In this document: positions 29,872-40,852 of the stretch, piece after piece
How positions within the stretch are numbered: the first letter of the stretch is position 1
How the letters are laid out: every line of letters starts with the position of its first letter
NCBI GenBank assembly: GCA_028285795.1
Contig: JAPYNL010000053.1
Span: 1-44,560 of the forward strand
From: Arenicellales bacterium
Lineage (GTDB): Bacteria; Pseudomonadota; Gammaproteobacteria; Arenicellales; Poriferihabitantaceae
Reading direction: 5' to 3'
DNA length: 44,560 bases
Notes under the pieces: model-generated
The model's database searches: none
Seen by the model: only the letters and a program-made list of their open reading frames with translations
Told to the model about the DNA's origin: nothing
Translations under genes and position numbers: made by a program

Positions 29872-30930
29872 TCATGCGGAATACTGCATGCTCAAGGCAT
29901 TGCTGACAATCTGGGCCGTAATGTCAACAGTATTGATCACTTCCTCATAATGCATGCGGGTGGGACCGATCACGCCCAGTACACCAACAACCTGATTATC
30001 CTGGCTGTAGGGTGCCGAAATAAGACTGCAGTCGCGTAACGGCTCAATACCCGACTCTTCACCAATGAAGATCGTGATTCCTGACTCAGACAGGCTGCTT
30101 TGAAGCAGGTCAAGCAGGATTTTCTTGGTCCTGAAGGTCTCGAAAAGTGTCTTCAATCGGTTCATCTCCGTGAAATCAGTAATCGAAAGCAGATTGCTCT
30201 CTCCACTGATCAATACATCCTCGGAAGCCGTTGTGTCCTGTTCAAACAGCCGGCTAGCCATCCTGACAGCAGTTGATATCTCCCTCTTCATCTGCCTTCG
30301 ATCCTTCTTCATTAATGCAAGCAATTTGCGACGAACCACGGATATGCATTTTGAACTGTATTCGTGATTGAAATAATTGGCCGCCTCAATCAACTCCGAA
30401 CCGGTATAGTCAATTTCGGTTGACAGCACCTTATTCTGCACCTGACCGTCTTCAGTTACCAAAATCGCCAGAACCCGGTTTTTGGAAAGCCTTATGAACT
30501 CGATTTGACGAATGCAGGTTGAACGGGCATCAGGCATTGACAGAATACCAGCAAAAGAAGTTATTTGAGAAAGCAGTTCGGCCGCGTTCACCAGAATGCT
30601 AGATGGATCCGCAACCCCCTCAAATCTCACGGATATCGCCCGATAAGACTCGCTGTCGATGGAATCCGCCTTAAGCAGGCTGTTGATAAAGAACCGGTAC
30701 CCTTTTGCAGTGGGTATGCGGCCAGAAGAGGTGTGCGGGGAATGAATGAATCCACATTCCTCAAGATCAGCCATGACATTGCGGATTGTTGCCGAGCTGA
30801 GTCCGAGAGCAGGCAGTTTGGAGAGAGTTCTTGAGCCTACTGGCACACCATCATCAATATAGTGGCGAACCAGCTTGTCAAGAACAAAGGTTGCTCTCTC
30901 GCTTAACACCATTTGATCTGAATGAATCAT
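29872..30930 (-). CDS. hrcA: Heat-inducible transcriptional repressor HrcA
   Basis: PVGSRTL, SSATIRNVMADLE, PHTSSGRIPTAKGYR, IFIGEE, GVIGPTRMHY; start could be 30912. Confidence 0.96.
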   Translation of the reverse strand: MIHSDQMVLSERATFVLDKLVRHYIDDGVPVGSRTLSKLPALGLSSATIRNVMADLEECGFIHSPHTSSGRIPTAKGYRFFINSLLKADSIDSESYRAISVRFEGVADPSSILVNAAELLSQITSFAGILSMPDARSTCIRQIEFIRLSKNRVLAILVTEDGQVQNKVLSTEIDYTGSELIEAANYFNHEYSSKCISVVRRKLLALMKKDRRQMKREISTAVRMASRLFEQDTTASEDVLISGESNLLSITDFTEMNRLKTLFETFRTKKILLDLLQSSLSESGITIFIGEESGIEPLRDCSLISAPYSQDNQVVGVLGVIGPTRMHYEEVINTVDITAQIVSNALSMQYSA

Positions 30931-31116
30931 CAAATTCTTCCATACTACAAATTTATCGATGCGCTTACTGCCTGTTAAAGCGGACTCCACGCCTTTGTCA
31001 TCATCAGCGAATTAAATTATACAGCCTTGCCGGATCGATCTCGGCAATTCATAATCCAAAAATCTGCAATGCGATTGTAAAATGTACGATATTCTACCGA
31101 GTCAAGCCCAGAAGTC

Positions 31117-31980
31117 GTGCAAATTAAAAATATAGGCCTATTTGGAAAATTCAATGACTACAGCGTCGCTGATGCCGTAACTCATGTAAAAAAATTCCTT
31201 GAGAAAAACAATCTGGCCGTCTATTTGGGCCATACCACATCCTCTCAGATTGATGGAATGCGCCTTGAAGACCAGGATGATCCCCCTGACAGACTGCTGG
31301 ATCTCTCGATTGTTGTCGGGGGCGATGGAACCATGTTGAGCGTAGCCCGCGAGCTATCAAAATTCGGAGTGCCTGCGGTTGGCATCAATCTTGGCAGGCT
31401 CGGATTTCTGACCGATATTCCCATTTCAAATTTCGAAATGTCCATCAGTTCAATCCTGGAAGGCAATTTTCATGTTGAGCAGCGTACCCTGCTCAAGTGC
31501 AGGGTCTTTCGAGAAGGCAAAAAGGTGCTATCGAGTACCGCGCTCAATGACATTGTTCTGTCAAAAGGAAACATGGGACGCCTGATTGAATTCAGTATCC
31601 ATGTCAATGAACAGTACGTGGCCAAGCCGAGAGGTGATGGACTGATCATTTCAACACCAACCGGGTCAACAGCCTATGCCCTCTCTGCAGGAGGCCCGAT
31701 TATTTATCCTGACTTGCCGGTTATCTGCCTTTCGCCAATCTGCCCGCACACCTTGAGTAATCGACCGATATTGCTATCAGAAACCGACAAGATCCATATC
31801 TCGAACATTGAACCGAACGAGTTTCCTCCCAATCTAGCCCTGGACGGCGTGATGCTGATGGAGCTTGACGGGTCTGAAATCATTGATATCTGCAGGGCGA
31901 AGCGAAAATTGAAGCTGGTCAAATCGGATCGTTTCAATTATTTTGAAACTCTCTACAACAAACTCGGCTGGCACGGATAG
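31117..31980 (+). CDS. nadK: NAD kinase
   Basis: VGGDGTML, GINLGRLGFL, ALND, DGLIISTPTGSTAYALSAGGP. Confidence 0.96.
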   Translation: MQIKNIGLFGKFNDYSVADAVTHVKKFLEKNNLAVYLGHTTSSQIDGMRLEDQDDPPDRLLDLSIVVGGDGTMLSVARELSKFGVPAVGINLGRLGFLTDIPISNFEMSISSILEGNFHVEQRTLLKCRVFREGKKVLSSTALNDIVLSKGNMGRLIEFSIHVNEQYVAKPRGDGLIISTPTGSTAYALSAGGPIIYPDLPVICLSPICPHTLSNRPILLSETDKIHISNIEPNEFPPNLALDGVMLMELDGSEIIDICRAKRKLKLVKSDRFNYFETLYNKLGWHG

Positions 31981-31981
31981 C

Positions 31982-33655
31982 ATGATCGACTGGCTCGAAA
32001 TCCGCCAGTTCGCAATCGTTGAGAACCTTGAAATAGAGTTTGAAGCGAACTTTACTGCCTTAACCGGAGAGACCGGTTCAGGAAAATCAGTAATTCTTGA
32101 TGCGATCAATGTGCTCCTCGGGGATCGTTCGGCCGCATCACAAATTCGTTATGGACAGGAGTCTGCGACGATCCAGGCGGGGTTCAGCCTGTCGCAAAAT
32201 CACCCTGCATTCGAATGGCTATGCGCCCAGGGCATGGATGACGGGGCGGACTGCATTTTACGCAGGATACTGCGCAAAGGCCGATCAAGCCGTGGATTTA
32301 TCAATAATCACGCTGCGACCGCCTCACAACTCCGCGAACTGGGAGAATTACTTGTCGATATCCATGGTCAGCATGAACACCTATCGCTTCTCAAGCGAGA
32401 TGTCCAGCGAAATATGCTCGATGAAGCGGCCGGAAATACCGGGATCATACTCAAGGCCGGCACATCCTATGAAAAGATTCGTGACCTAAAACAGAAAATC
32501 AGGGATCTCCGGGAGAAAAGCGAAGCTGACGAAAAGCAGTTCGAGGTACTGAAACACCATTTCGATGAGCTCGGGAGATTCGACCCCAAGGATGGTGAAT
32601 GGACTGAACTGGAATCAAGGCAGCGGCGAGGCGCACATCAAGTCGAACTCATTTCTGCTGCATTGGATATTCATGAGCAGCTTTACAGTAGTGATACGGA
32701 GAGTGTGAATGATCGTCTCACCAAGCATGTATCCCGGCTTGACCCGTTAATCGAATTTGCCCCCGAGTTGGCTGAAGTCAGAAAGATGCTCTCCGAGGCA
32801 CAGATAAACATTGCAGAGGCATCCAAACAGCTCGAACCGCTCATCAATGACAATGAACTCGATGCAGAGTCCCTGCAATATATTGAAAGCAGACTCTCTG
32901 AATACCATTCATTGTCACGCAAGCACAGGATTCAGCCCGAACTGCTTGCAGAACACCTGAAGAACCTGGAGAAGCAATTGGATAATCTTGCCCATCCTGA
33001 AACCGAAATCAAAGAATTGAAGGAGCAGCTGGAACAGGAAAGTTCACGGTATTTCAAGATTTGCGAAACCATCTCCGCCAATCGGCGCAAGATCTCAAGT
33101 CAGCTCCAACAAGACATTTCCTCCATAATCCACGGACTTGGCATGCAGGGGGGATGCTTTGAAATACACTTGAAACCCGAAAAGGGGGATGGAATCACGC
33201 GACATGGAAATGAAGCGGTTGAGTTCCGGGCTTCTGGGAATCCCGGCATACCCGCTCAACCCCTAGACAGGGCAATTTCTGGCGGGGAACTATCCAGAAT
33301 ATCACTGGCCATACAAGTTGTGCTGGCCTGGGAATCCAGTGCGCCGACCATGATTTTCGACGAGGTCGATACCGGAATCGGGGGAGAGGTGGGAAACACC
33401 ATCGGACAGAAACTGCGTGAACTGGGTGAAAGAGGCCAGGTCATCTGCGTTACACACCTGACCCAGGTTGCCATTCATGGAAACCACCAATTCAATGTTA
33501 CCAAGAGCATAGACGATGGTGTTGAAACCATGATCCGTAAATTATCCGACAAGGAACGGATAGCAGAAATTGCCAGAATGATAAGCGGGGAGAAAGTCAC
33601 CTCACAAACCCTGACCCATGCCAGGCAACTACTGATTTCGGCAGGCTCAATATGA
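31982..33655 (+). CDS. recN: DNA repair protein RecN
   Basis: LTGETGSGKS, DIHGQHEH, ISGGELSR, IFDEVDTG, VTHLTQVA; ATG right after the nadK stop. Confidence 0.97.
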   Translation: MIDWLEIRQFAIVENLEIEFEANFTALTGETGSGKSVILDAINVLLGDRSAASQIRYGQESATIQAGFSLSQNHPAFEWLCAQGMDDGADCILRRILRKGRSSRGFINNHAATASQLRELGELLVDIHGQHEHLSLLKRDVQRNMLDEAAGNTGIILKAGTSYEKIRDLKQKIRDLREKSEADEKQFEVLKHHFDELGRFDPKDGEWTELESRQRRGAHQVELISAALDIHEQLYSSDTESVNDRLTKHVSRLDPLIEFAPELAEVRKMLSEAQINIAEASKQLEPLINDNELDAESLQYIESRLSEYHSLSRKHRIQPELLAEHLKNLEKQLDNLAHPETEIKELKEQLEQESSRYFKICETISANRRKISSQLQQDISSIIHGLGMQGGCFEIHLKPEKGDGITRHGNEAVEFRASGNPGIPAQPLDRAISGGELSRISLAIQVVLAWESSAPTMIFDEVDTGIGGEVGNTIGQKLRELGERGQVICVTHLTQVAIHGNHQFNVTKSIDDGVETMIRKLSDKERIAEIARMISGEKVTSQTLTHARQLLISAGSI

Positions 33656-34125
33656 ATGCACTTTCTGACCTGACGATTCAGCAGGCAATGCTTGAGGACG
33701 TTCCCGAGATTTCGGAACTTCTCATGATGTATTCGGAAACCGGTATTCTTCTGCCTCGTTCCAGCACTGACATTTATCATTCCTTGAGGAATTTTCGGAT
33801 CATTCGTGATAATGGACGCCTTGCTGCCTGTGCCTCACTGATGATTTATAATCACGAACTTGCAGAGGTCCGCAGTCTTGCAGTTCACCCTGACTGTCAA
33901 CACCATGGTCTGGGTAAACGCCTGGTGCAACAACTGGAAGAAGAAGCGATTGAGCTGGGTTTGACCCGATTGATGGCTCTGACTTATGTCGTTGAATTTT
34001 TCCGGGATTTGGAATTCAAGGTCGTTGATATGGCCCTGTTACCCGAAAAAGTCTGGAATGTCTGTGTCCACTGCAGAAAATTCAATAACTGCGATGAAAT
34101 CGCAATGGTCAAATATCTCCAATAA
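33652..34125 (+). CDS. GNAT N-acetyltransferase, short ArgA-like (N-acetylglutamate synthase type)
   Basis: LLPRS, LAEVRSLAV, QHHGLGKRLV, ALTYVVEFF, LPEKVWNVCVHC..CDEIAM. Confidence 0.8.
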   Translation: MNALSDLTIQQAMLEDVPEISELLMMYSETGILLPRSSTDIYHSLRNFRIIRDNGRLAACASLMIYNHELAEVRSLAVHPDCQHHGLGKRLVQQLEEEAIELGLTRLMALTYVVEFFRDLEFKVVDMALLPEKVWNVCVHCRKFNNCDEIAMVKYLQ

Positions 34126-34132
34126 GCATGTA

Positions 34133-34531
34133 ATGATTAAGCTCAAGCACAAAATTTGCCTGTTTCTGGCTGCCTTGGTCATGACAGCTACAGGATGTCT
34201 GTATCGACCCGATATTCAGCAAGGGAATGAACTAACCGACGAGATGCTCGCCTTGATTGTTCTGGGCATGACCAAGGAAGAAGTGGCCGATATTCTGGGG
34301 GAACCACTGATCACTGACCCCTTCAACCGCGATCGCTGGGACTATTATTACTTTCTTCGGGATGGAGAAACCGGCAGCGTCATTCGCCGTACGCTCTTCA
34401 TTGAATTCACTGATGAAAAAATCAGCTATTTCAAGAGCTCAGTCCCTCTTCCTCGGCCGGAATCCGATCCTGAGCCAGATGAAGACACTGCTGATTCTGA
34501 AGAATCGGGGTCAGACCCTGCACAAGAGTAA
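34133..34531 (+). CDS. bamE: Outer-membrane assembly lipoprotein BamE
   Basis: Lipobox ATGC, DIQQGN, GMTKEEVADILGEP, DPFNRDRWDY; acidic tail. Confidence 0.92.
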   Translation: MIKLKHKICLFLAALVMTATGCLYRPDIQQGNELTDEMLALIVLGMTKEEVADILGEPLITDPFNRDRWDYYYFLRDGETGSVIRRTLFIEFTDEKISYFKSSVPLPRPESDPEPDEDTADSEESGSDPAQE

Positions 34532-34548
34532 ACCGTCTTGCCGCGAGG

Positions 34549-35268
34549 CTAGCTAGACTCTTTAGCCAATACATCTGGCGGGGCATAGCCGTTAATCACC
34601 TTGCCGTTCTGCAAAATAATGGTTGGCGTTCCAGAAATGCCAATCAATTGTCCGAGCTCATACTGACTTGCAACCGGATTTTCACACTCTGCAGGATCAA
34701 CCGTACCTCCTGCCTTGGCCAGTGTCATTGCATCCGCCTGACTCTCTGAACACCATACTGAAACTGCTTCAAAGTAGCTCTCAGTGCCAATGCCCGAGCG
34801 GGGAAACATGAGGTAGCGAACCTGAATTCCCTGACTCTGCAAATCTCCGATCTCCGTATGGAATTTCTGGCAGTAGAAGCAATCGGTATCCGTAAACACC
34901 GTAATATATTTTTCAAGCGGCTCGCCCATCATGATCATTTCCGATTCTGGTACTTCGCTGATGGCTTTTGCAATTTTTGTGTTGGTGCGCTCCTGTCCAA
35001 CATTGACATGTCTTACCGTATCATAGAGCTCGCCCACCAACAGGTAGTCATCTTTACTGTAGATGAAGAACTCGCGAGAATCCATGGTTACGATATAGAC
35101 TCCTTCTGCATCAGAATTCTCCACATTCTCTATCATGGCCTCCCCGGACGTCATGGCTTTCAGTTTCTCGATGATTCTTTGATGCTCTTCGTCGTCAGCA
35201 GCAGAAAGAGAAAAGGAACTCATGAGAACAACCAGTAGAGTTACCGGTATCGTGAATATTTTTAGCAT
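34549..35268 (-). CDS. dsbC: Thiol:disulfide isomerase DsbC family
   Basis: Signal peptide, N-terminal dimerisation domain, VFTDTDCFYC, YLMFPR, GTPTI, GYAPP. Confidence 0.88.
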   Translation of the reverse strand: MLKIFTIPVTLLVVLMSSFSLSAADDEEHQRIIEKLKAMTSGEAMIENVENSDAEGVYIVTMDSREFFIYSKDDYLLVGELYDTVRHVNVGQERTNTKIAKAISEVPESEMIMMGEPLEKYITVFTDTDCFYCQKFHTEIGDLQSQGIQVRYLMFPRSGIGTESYFEAVSVWCSESQADAMTLAKAGGTVDPAECENPVASQYELGQLIGISGTPTIILQNGKVINGYAPPDVLAKESS

Positions 35269-35398
35269 GGGTTTCTCGCGAAATAGTTGATCAATTGCCG
35301 AAGTATATAACACTTGGAGTCAATCCAATGAATACAGGCCTCAAAAGCGGTTTATTTAATGTGTAAACCGAGCAACATTCCAATTATCGATAAGCGGT

Positions 35399-35995
35399 TT
35401 ACCCGCCTGACGGCAAGGCGTTGATAATCGAGTGGAGCTTCTGTTCGGCAGCAGTCAAAAATTCCAGGACATCAGATTTCGCCACCCGGTGGAATGGATA
35501 ATCCGGACCATCCGTAATCAGTTTTAGAACAAGCGCCTGCTGCGTGAGCGAATGTTTCGACAAGGCCTGCAGGATGCCGGACGCCTCCATGTCATAAGCA
35601 ACTTTCTCTTGATATTCGCGGGATGGCCTGGTAACGGTCTTGACTGTCATGACGGGGAAATCCAAAAAATCCCGGGCAGATAGATCCCACAGGTTATTGC
35701 TTTCTGCATCAATGACCTGATCGGCATAAATCAGGGTGCCCAGCCTGTGAGAGCCTGAACCGGCAATTCCAAAATTGAGCCAGAATGAACTTTCAATGCC
35801 TGCGGCATGAACATAACCTGAAATCAGTGATTCAGTCAGTTTTGCGGAGTACTTTTTTCCCTCGCCAGAAATACCAAGGACCATGGCCTCTGACCGAAAA
35901 ACCTGAAAGTCACCAACTGACTTATCCACGTCAAAGTCAAAAGTTTTGAGAAAAGGCTCTGCTTCAGCGCGATAAGCAGTGATTATGAATATCAT
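35399..35995 (-). CDS. Nucleoside phosphorylase/MTA-SAH nucleosidase-like protein
   Basis: IITAYRAEA, LNFGIAGS, YDMEASG, LKLITD: the PNP_UDP_1 fold pattern. Confidence 0.7.
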   Translation of the reverse strand: MIFIITAYRAEAEPFLKTFDFDVDKSVGDFQVFRSEAMVLGISGEGKKYSAKLTESLISGYVHAAGIESSFWLNFGIAGSGSHRLGTLIYADQVIDAESNNLWDLSARDFLDFPVMTVKTVTRPSREYQEKVAYDMEASGILQALSKHSLTQQALVLKLITDGPDYPFHRVAKSDVLEFLTAAEQKLHSIINALPSGG

Positions 35996-36816
35996 GGAAG
36001 CGCCCAGTCCGTCAATAGTTGGAGGTAATGTTCGGCGTCAATATGGTTTTCCCGTTTCTTGAAGCCATTGACCAGAATTGACAGTTTTTCCGATAGCGCC
36101 TTCCTCGCCTCTCGCCTTTGGCCGGGATTCAGCTGCCTGGACTTCAGAAGATTCAGTATTGACTGTACCCTGAATCGATCCATACCCCAGTACCGCTTCG
36201 ACAATTGATCTGCATGCCCGCCATATTTTATGATTTGAGGCTCATTAACGAGATGGAAGGGATAGCGAGCAGACATTCTCAGCCAAAGATCGTAGTCCTC
36301 GCAAACAGGCAGCAATTCATCGAAGTTGCCAATCTCATCGAACACAGACCGGGAAATCAAGATTGACGATGGGGATACGCAACACAGAGGCAGACAACTG
36401 TCAAAAATCCAGCCGCCTGGTTTTCGGTGTTTCCCTCCCGGATTAACACGTTTTCCATCTCGAATCCAGATTTCATCCGTATGGATAATTCGACTCTCTG
36501 GATTATGGGATAACAGCTCGGCTTGTGATTTCAGTTTATCCGGCAACCACTCGTCATCGGAATCCAGAAAGGCCAGCCAGTTACCTCTTGATCCGGCAAT
36601 GCCAGAGTTTCTGGCGGCACTGACTCCCCGGTTTTTTTGTCGTATCAAATTGACTTCAGGAAAGTCATTAATGACCAATTCAGCCGTATTATCGGTCGAT
36701 CCGTCATCGACAACCAGTATTTCAATCGCAGGATAGGTCTGAGCGAGAACAGAACGAATCGCCCTGTCAATCAACTGCCGGCGATTATGAACCGGAATAA
36801 TGACGCTGACCTCCAT
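35992..36816 (-). CDS. Glycosyltransferase family 2
   Basis: VSVIIPVHNR, VVDDGSTD, NRGVSAARN, AFLDSDD, EDYDLWLR. Confidence 0.93.
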   Translation of the reverse strand: MEVSVIIPVHNRRQLIDRAIRSVLAQTYPAIEILVVDDGSTDNTAELVINDFPEVNLIRQKNRGVSAARNSGIAGSRGNWLAFLDSDDEWLPDKLKSQAELLSHNPESRIIHTDEIWIRDGKRVNPGGKHRKPGGWIFDSCLPLCCVSPSSILISRSVFDEIGNFDELLPVCEDYDLWLRMSARYPFHLVNEPQIIKYGGHADQLSKRYWGMDRFRVQSILNLLKSRQLNPGQRREARKALSEKLSILVNGFKKRENHIDAEHYLQLLTDWALP

Positions 36817-36903
36817 TAGCCAGCGTCATGGAAAGGATCCACGCTCACTCATTCCGGTAGCAAGAAGATATTCGAGCTTGATCATGCATACTCGTGAATC
36901 ATG

Positions 36904-37881
36904 CTATATCAAGTGACGAACCGCTTCGACTTCGGTGATCAGTTCCTGTTCGGTTACAATCATGCGCTCACGACTGAAATCACTGATATCAAGGCCTTGC
37001 ACAATATGATAGCTGCCATCTGAACAGGTCACCGGAAAGGAATACATCAATCCTTCCCGAATACCGTAACTGCCATCCGAAGGAATTGCCATGCTGACCC
37101 AGTCTCCCTCGGGTGTGCCTAACACCCAGTCACGCATGTGATCAATTGCAGCTGAAGCGGCTGATGCGGCACTTGATGCTCCCCGGGCGCGGATAATCGC
37201 CGTACCACGATTCTGCACTGTCGGCATGAAATCGTTAATGAGCCAATCCTGATCCACTTGATCAGAAATCGCTACCCCATTGGCGAGGACATTCGTAATA
37301 TCAGGATACTGGGTAGCAGAATGGTTACCCCAAACGGTCATTTGACTGAGTTCAGAGTGGTGCAGATTCAGCCTTGCTGACAACTGTAACAAGGCGCGAT
37401 TGTGATCCAGACGCATCATGGCCGTGAAATTGGCTGGATTCAAATCCGGTGCATTCTTGGCGGCAATAAATGCATTGGTATTTGCCGGATTGCCCACAAC
37501 AATTACTTTCACGTCATGACTAGCATTGTCGTTCAGCGCCTTTCCCTGTAACGAGAATATCGCTCCATTGTCCTTGATTAGATCAGAGCGCTGCATGTCT
37601 GGCCCTCTTGGTTTCGAACCGACCAGCATCGCAATGTTGGAGTCGCGAAATGCAACTCCCGGGTCATCTGTAATGTTTACCGAGGAAAGCAGAGGAAAGG
37701 CACAATCATCCAGCTCCATGACGACACCTTCAAGGGCTTTCATGGCAGGGATAATCTCCAGTAACTGCAGTACTACAGGCTGGTCTTTTCCAAGCATATC
37801 TCCTGCCGCGATTCGAAATAATAGAGCATAGGAAATATTGCCAGCAGCACCGGTCACTGACACTCTGACGGGATCTTTCAT
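36904..37881 (-). CDS. mdh: Malate dehydrogenase (cytosolic type)
   Basis: [50 protein letters not shown]. Confidence 0.97.
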   Translation of the reverse strand: MKDPVRVSVTGAAGNISYALLFRIAAGDMLGKDQPVVLQLLEIIPAMKALEGVVMELDDCAFPLLSSVNITDDPGVAFRDSNIAMLVGSKPRGPDMQRSDLIKDNGAIFSLQGKALNDNASHDVKVIVVGNPANTNAFIAAKNAPDLNPANFTAMMRLDHNRALLQLSARLNLHHSELSQMTVWGNHSATQYPDITNVLANGVAISDQVDQDWLINDFMPTVQNRGTAIIRARGASSAASAASAAIDHMRDWVLGTPEGDWVSMAIPSDGSYGIREGLMYSFPVTCSDGSYHIVQGLDISDFSRERMIVTEQELITEVEAVRHLI

Positions 37882-38103
37882 TACTAAGTTTGGGTTGAAA
37901 AAAGCATATTATATACTGTCTGGTTTAGTGCTCGAAGCAAATCCTCGGGTTCGATTCGTTACAATACATGCATCGAGTGATTCGCCCTGCTCTCGATAAA
38001 TTCAGATTGCAGAACTTCCGCATTGCCTGGCACGAATCTAACTGCGGATTCCAGAATTCCCGTAAATGAAAGAACTTATGCACGATTTTGAAATGGATAT
38101 CCA

Positions 38104-39570
38104 ATGATTGATTCGACTGTATACTGGAAAAAATTGTCAGTGGCATTGCCTCTGCTGCTTGGCCTGTCAATGCCTGCTTCAGGGGACCGGCTGATCGCAA
38201 GATCAAGCATCGATCAGATACTTCCCGCTACAACTTCTGAAAAGAAGCCGGAGACGGAAAAGGCCTATCTCAACCCGGAGATTACGGGATCCATTCAAGC
38301 TCCTTTTACCGGAGACATGAATCTATGGCATTTCTTGCGGCAAAATTTTGAGCTCGAGTATTCCGACCCCGATGACGCGCTCGTTGAAACATTCGAGACA
38401 ATGTATGGCAAGAGAAACAACTATCTAGAACAAGTATCGAAACGTGCCTATTGGTATCTTCCCTATATTGTGGAGGAGATTGGGAAGCGTGGTCTTCCTT
38501 ATGATTTCGCAATTATTCCAATGCTGGAAAGTGCCTTCAAACCGACTGCAGTATCGACTGCAAAAGCCACGGGTTTATGGCAATTCATGTCCTCAACTGG
38601 AAAAGAATACGGTCTAAGACAGAACTGGTGGATCGATGAACGAAAGGATTTCATTGAATCTACTCGGGCGGCTCTGGACTTGCTTACCGTTCTTTTGAGA
38701 GAGTTCGACAATGACTGGGAACTGGCCTTGGCCAGTTACAATGCAGGAGAAGGCCGTGTGCGTAATGCGATAAATGTCAATCTGCGAGCAAATCGCCCGG
38801 CAACCTACCCCCATTTGAAACTACCTCGGGAAACCCGCAGCTACCTGCCGAAGTTTCTGGCAATTCGCAATATCATCGCGGACCCTGACAAGTTTGGAGT
38901 CACTCTTCACCCCATTCCCAACACGGCAACCATTGCAGTGATTGATGCCGAATCTCAAACAGACCTGACCTCGATGGCTTCGCTGCTTTCCCTTAAACCT
39001 CGCGACCTGAAGGAACTCAATCCTGGATACTTACAAGGCATAACTCCTCCAACCGGTCCCCACCAAATTGTAGTTCCCATCGAACTGGCTTCAAAGTTGG
39101 AAGACACAGTGAATCAAGGACAGTTGGAGTGGGACGTTCATCGTGTCGAAAAAGGAGAGAGCCTAAGCGTCATTGCCGCCCAATACAACACCAATGTCCG
39201 AATACTCAAGCAGCTGAATAACCTGACCTCAGATGTTATTTTTCCAGATCAGATGCTCCAAATCCCGATACCCAGAATTGATGAAGGCGGGTTTCCCTTC
39301 AATTTGAAGGAAGGGAAGGATCCGGGAAAAGGCGGTTCATCGGACGAAAAACTTCACTCGAGAACTGCTGCATCGCTGGTTGCTCGCTGGGACAAAGGTG
39401 GATCTATCTTCACCGTTGGTGACGGCATCTATAACGTGAGGAAAAACGACAGTCCCAGAAAAATCGCCGATCTTTTCAATATCTCCCTGGAAAAACTCCT
39501 GGAAATGAATGATCTAGACCCATCTTCTGAATTAGTACACGGACAAAAACTGATTATCAGAAAGGAATAA
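38104..39570 (+). CDS. Lytic murein transglycosylase with LysM repeats (MltD-like)
   Basis: SLT motifs ESAF, ATGLWQF, ALASYNAG, LPRETRSY; two LysM domains (VEKGESLSVIA, VRKNDSPRKIA). Confidence 0.9.
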   Translation: MIDSTVYWKKLSVALPLLLGLSMPASGDRLIARSSIDQILPATTSEKKPETEKAYLNPEITGSIQAPFTGDMNLWHFLRQNFELEYSDPDDALVETFETMYGKRNNYLEQVSKRAYWYLPYIVEEIGKRGLPYDFAIIPMLESAFKPTAVSTAKATGLWQFMSSTGKEYGLRQNWWIDERKDFIESTRAALDLLTVLLREFDNDWELALASYNAGEGRVRNAINVNLRANRPATYPHLKLPRETRSYLPKFLAIRNIIADPDKFGVTLHPIPNTATIAVIDAESQTDLTSMASLLSLKPRDLKELNPGYLQGITPPTGPHQIVVPIELASKLEDTVNQGQLEWDVHRVEKGESLSVIAAQYNTNVRILKQLNNLTSDVIFPDQMLQIPIPRIDEGGFPFNLKEGKDPGKGGSSDEKLHSRTAASLVARWDKGGSIFTVGDGIYNVRKNDSPRKIADLFNISLEKLLEMNDLDPSSELVHGQKLIIRKE

Positions 39571-40064
39571 TTTTTTCGAGGGTTAACCCTGGCAGTTGTG
39601 GCCATTCCATTTAAGGAGCAGCCCGATACTGCTAACAGTTACTGCAGAGTTCAAGAGTCCAATCGATAATCGTTGCATTTCGGAAGTCTCTTGGACAACG
39701 GATCCGATACCCATTGACCATGGAATCAACCAAGCCAGGGGGCAGAGTTGACCCTGATGGCGATACCGGCACTAACGACTGTCAACCAGACAATGGAATA
39801 GCATTCTCAAGCAGAACACAGGCCATTAGAGTTTTTACCTTTACAGATCAAGAAAAGGAAAGCCCGAAACATTTCAGGTAAATTTGTCGCCTCCATGGAA
39901 TATAGACCGTATCACAGCCAAAACAGAGTAGGAAAGTAGTGTCAATCCAGCTGCGCATGTTCGCCAGTTAAAATACTTTGCAATGATCAGCATTCGAGAT
40001 GACGCAGGCTAACAAGCCATTGGCGATATGACACAAGCAGTCAATACGAACGCATTGAACAACC

Positions 40065-40086
40065 AGAAAGACGGCTTGGCCGTCTA
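40065..40086 (-). terminator. Putative terminator after the leuA-udg unit
   Basis: Minus-strand agacggc-caa-gccgtct hairpin followed by ttct, about 25 nt after the udg stop. Confidence 0.4.
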
Positions 40087-40110
40087 AGTTTCAACTCACT
40101 GAAAGGAATT

Positions 40111-40851
40111 TCAAGCTGATCCACGCCTCAACTGAGATCTGGCCAATAATAAATCCTGCCATGCAATGCGCTTTTGATCTGGGCTTCTAAGCAAGTATGC
40201 AGGATGATACGTCACTATCAGCGGTATCCCCGTCTTTTCGTATGTGTGTACATCTCCACGTAATTCAGACATCGGTGTTTTTTCATGGGCATCGAGCAGT
40301 AGGCGAGCACTGATTCTGCCGAGTGCAACAATCACACGGGGCTGAATCATGGAAATTTGCGCCTTGAGATAGGGTTTGCATCGGTTAACCTCATCCTCCA
40401 CCGGATCTCGATTGTTTGGTGGTCGGCATTTTATGGCATTCGCAATAAATACCTGATCACGGGTCAACCCCAAAGCAACGATCATGGAAGTCAGTAATTG
40501 ACCCGAACGACCTACAAAAGGCATTCCCTGCAAATCTTCATCCCGTCCCGGAGCTTCCCCAATGAACATCCAGTCCGCTGAAGGGCTGCCTGTACCGGGT
40601 ACGGCACACTTTCTTTCTCGCGACAGTGGGCACCGCTGACATCCCCGCACTGCCGATGCGACCTCTTCAAGACTTGTAAACCGCTCAGGTTCCAATACAT
40701 TGGTGACGTTGGGCTCTTCATCAACCTCAACTCCATCTTCACTTGACAACTCTTCCCCATTTGAGTCATGGTCTGAAAACAGGCGAGATTTCCAGATCGT
40801 TATCCCCATCTGGCCAAGCATCTGGGAGCGACGTTGATCAAGTATTGTCAT
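40111..40851 (-). CDS. Uracil-DNA glycosylase family 4 (Fe-S)
   Basis: [36 protein letters not shown]; ATG immediately after the leuA stop. Confidence 0.93.
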   Translation of the reverse strand: MTILDQRRSQMLGQMGITIWKSRLFSDHDSNGEELSSEDGVEVDEEPNVTNVLEPERFTSLEEVASAVRGCQRCPLSRERKCAVPGTGSPSADWMFIGEAPGRDEDLQGMPFVGRSGQLLTSMIVALGLTRDQVFIANAIKCRPPNNRDPVEDEVNRCKPYLKAQISMIQPRVIVALGRISARLLLDAHEKTPMSELRGDVHTYEKTGIPLIVTYHPAYLLRSPDQKRIAWQDLLLARSQLRRGSA

Positions 40852-40852
40852 T

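Noticed and set aside
30931-31116. CIRCE operator near hrcA
   Set aside because: No TTAGCACTC-N9-GAGTGCTAA match is visible in the hrcA-nadK intergenic region.
37940-37965. ggttcgattc resembling a tRNA T-loop
   Set aside because: No T-stem, acceptor stem or cloverleaf can be built around it.
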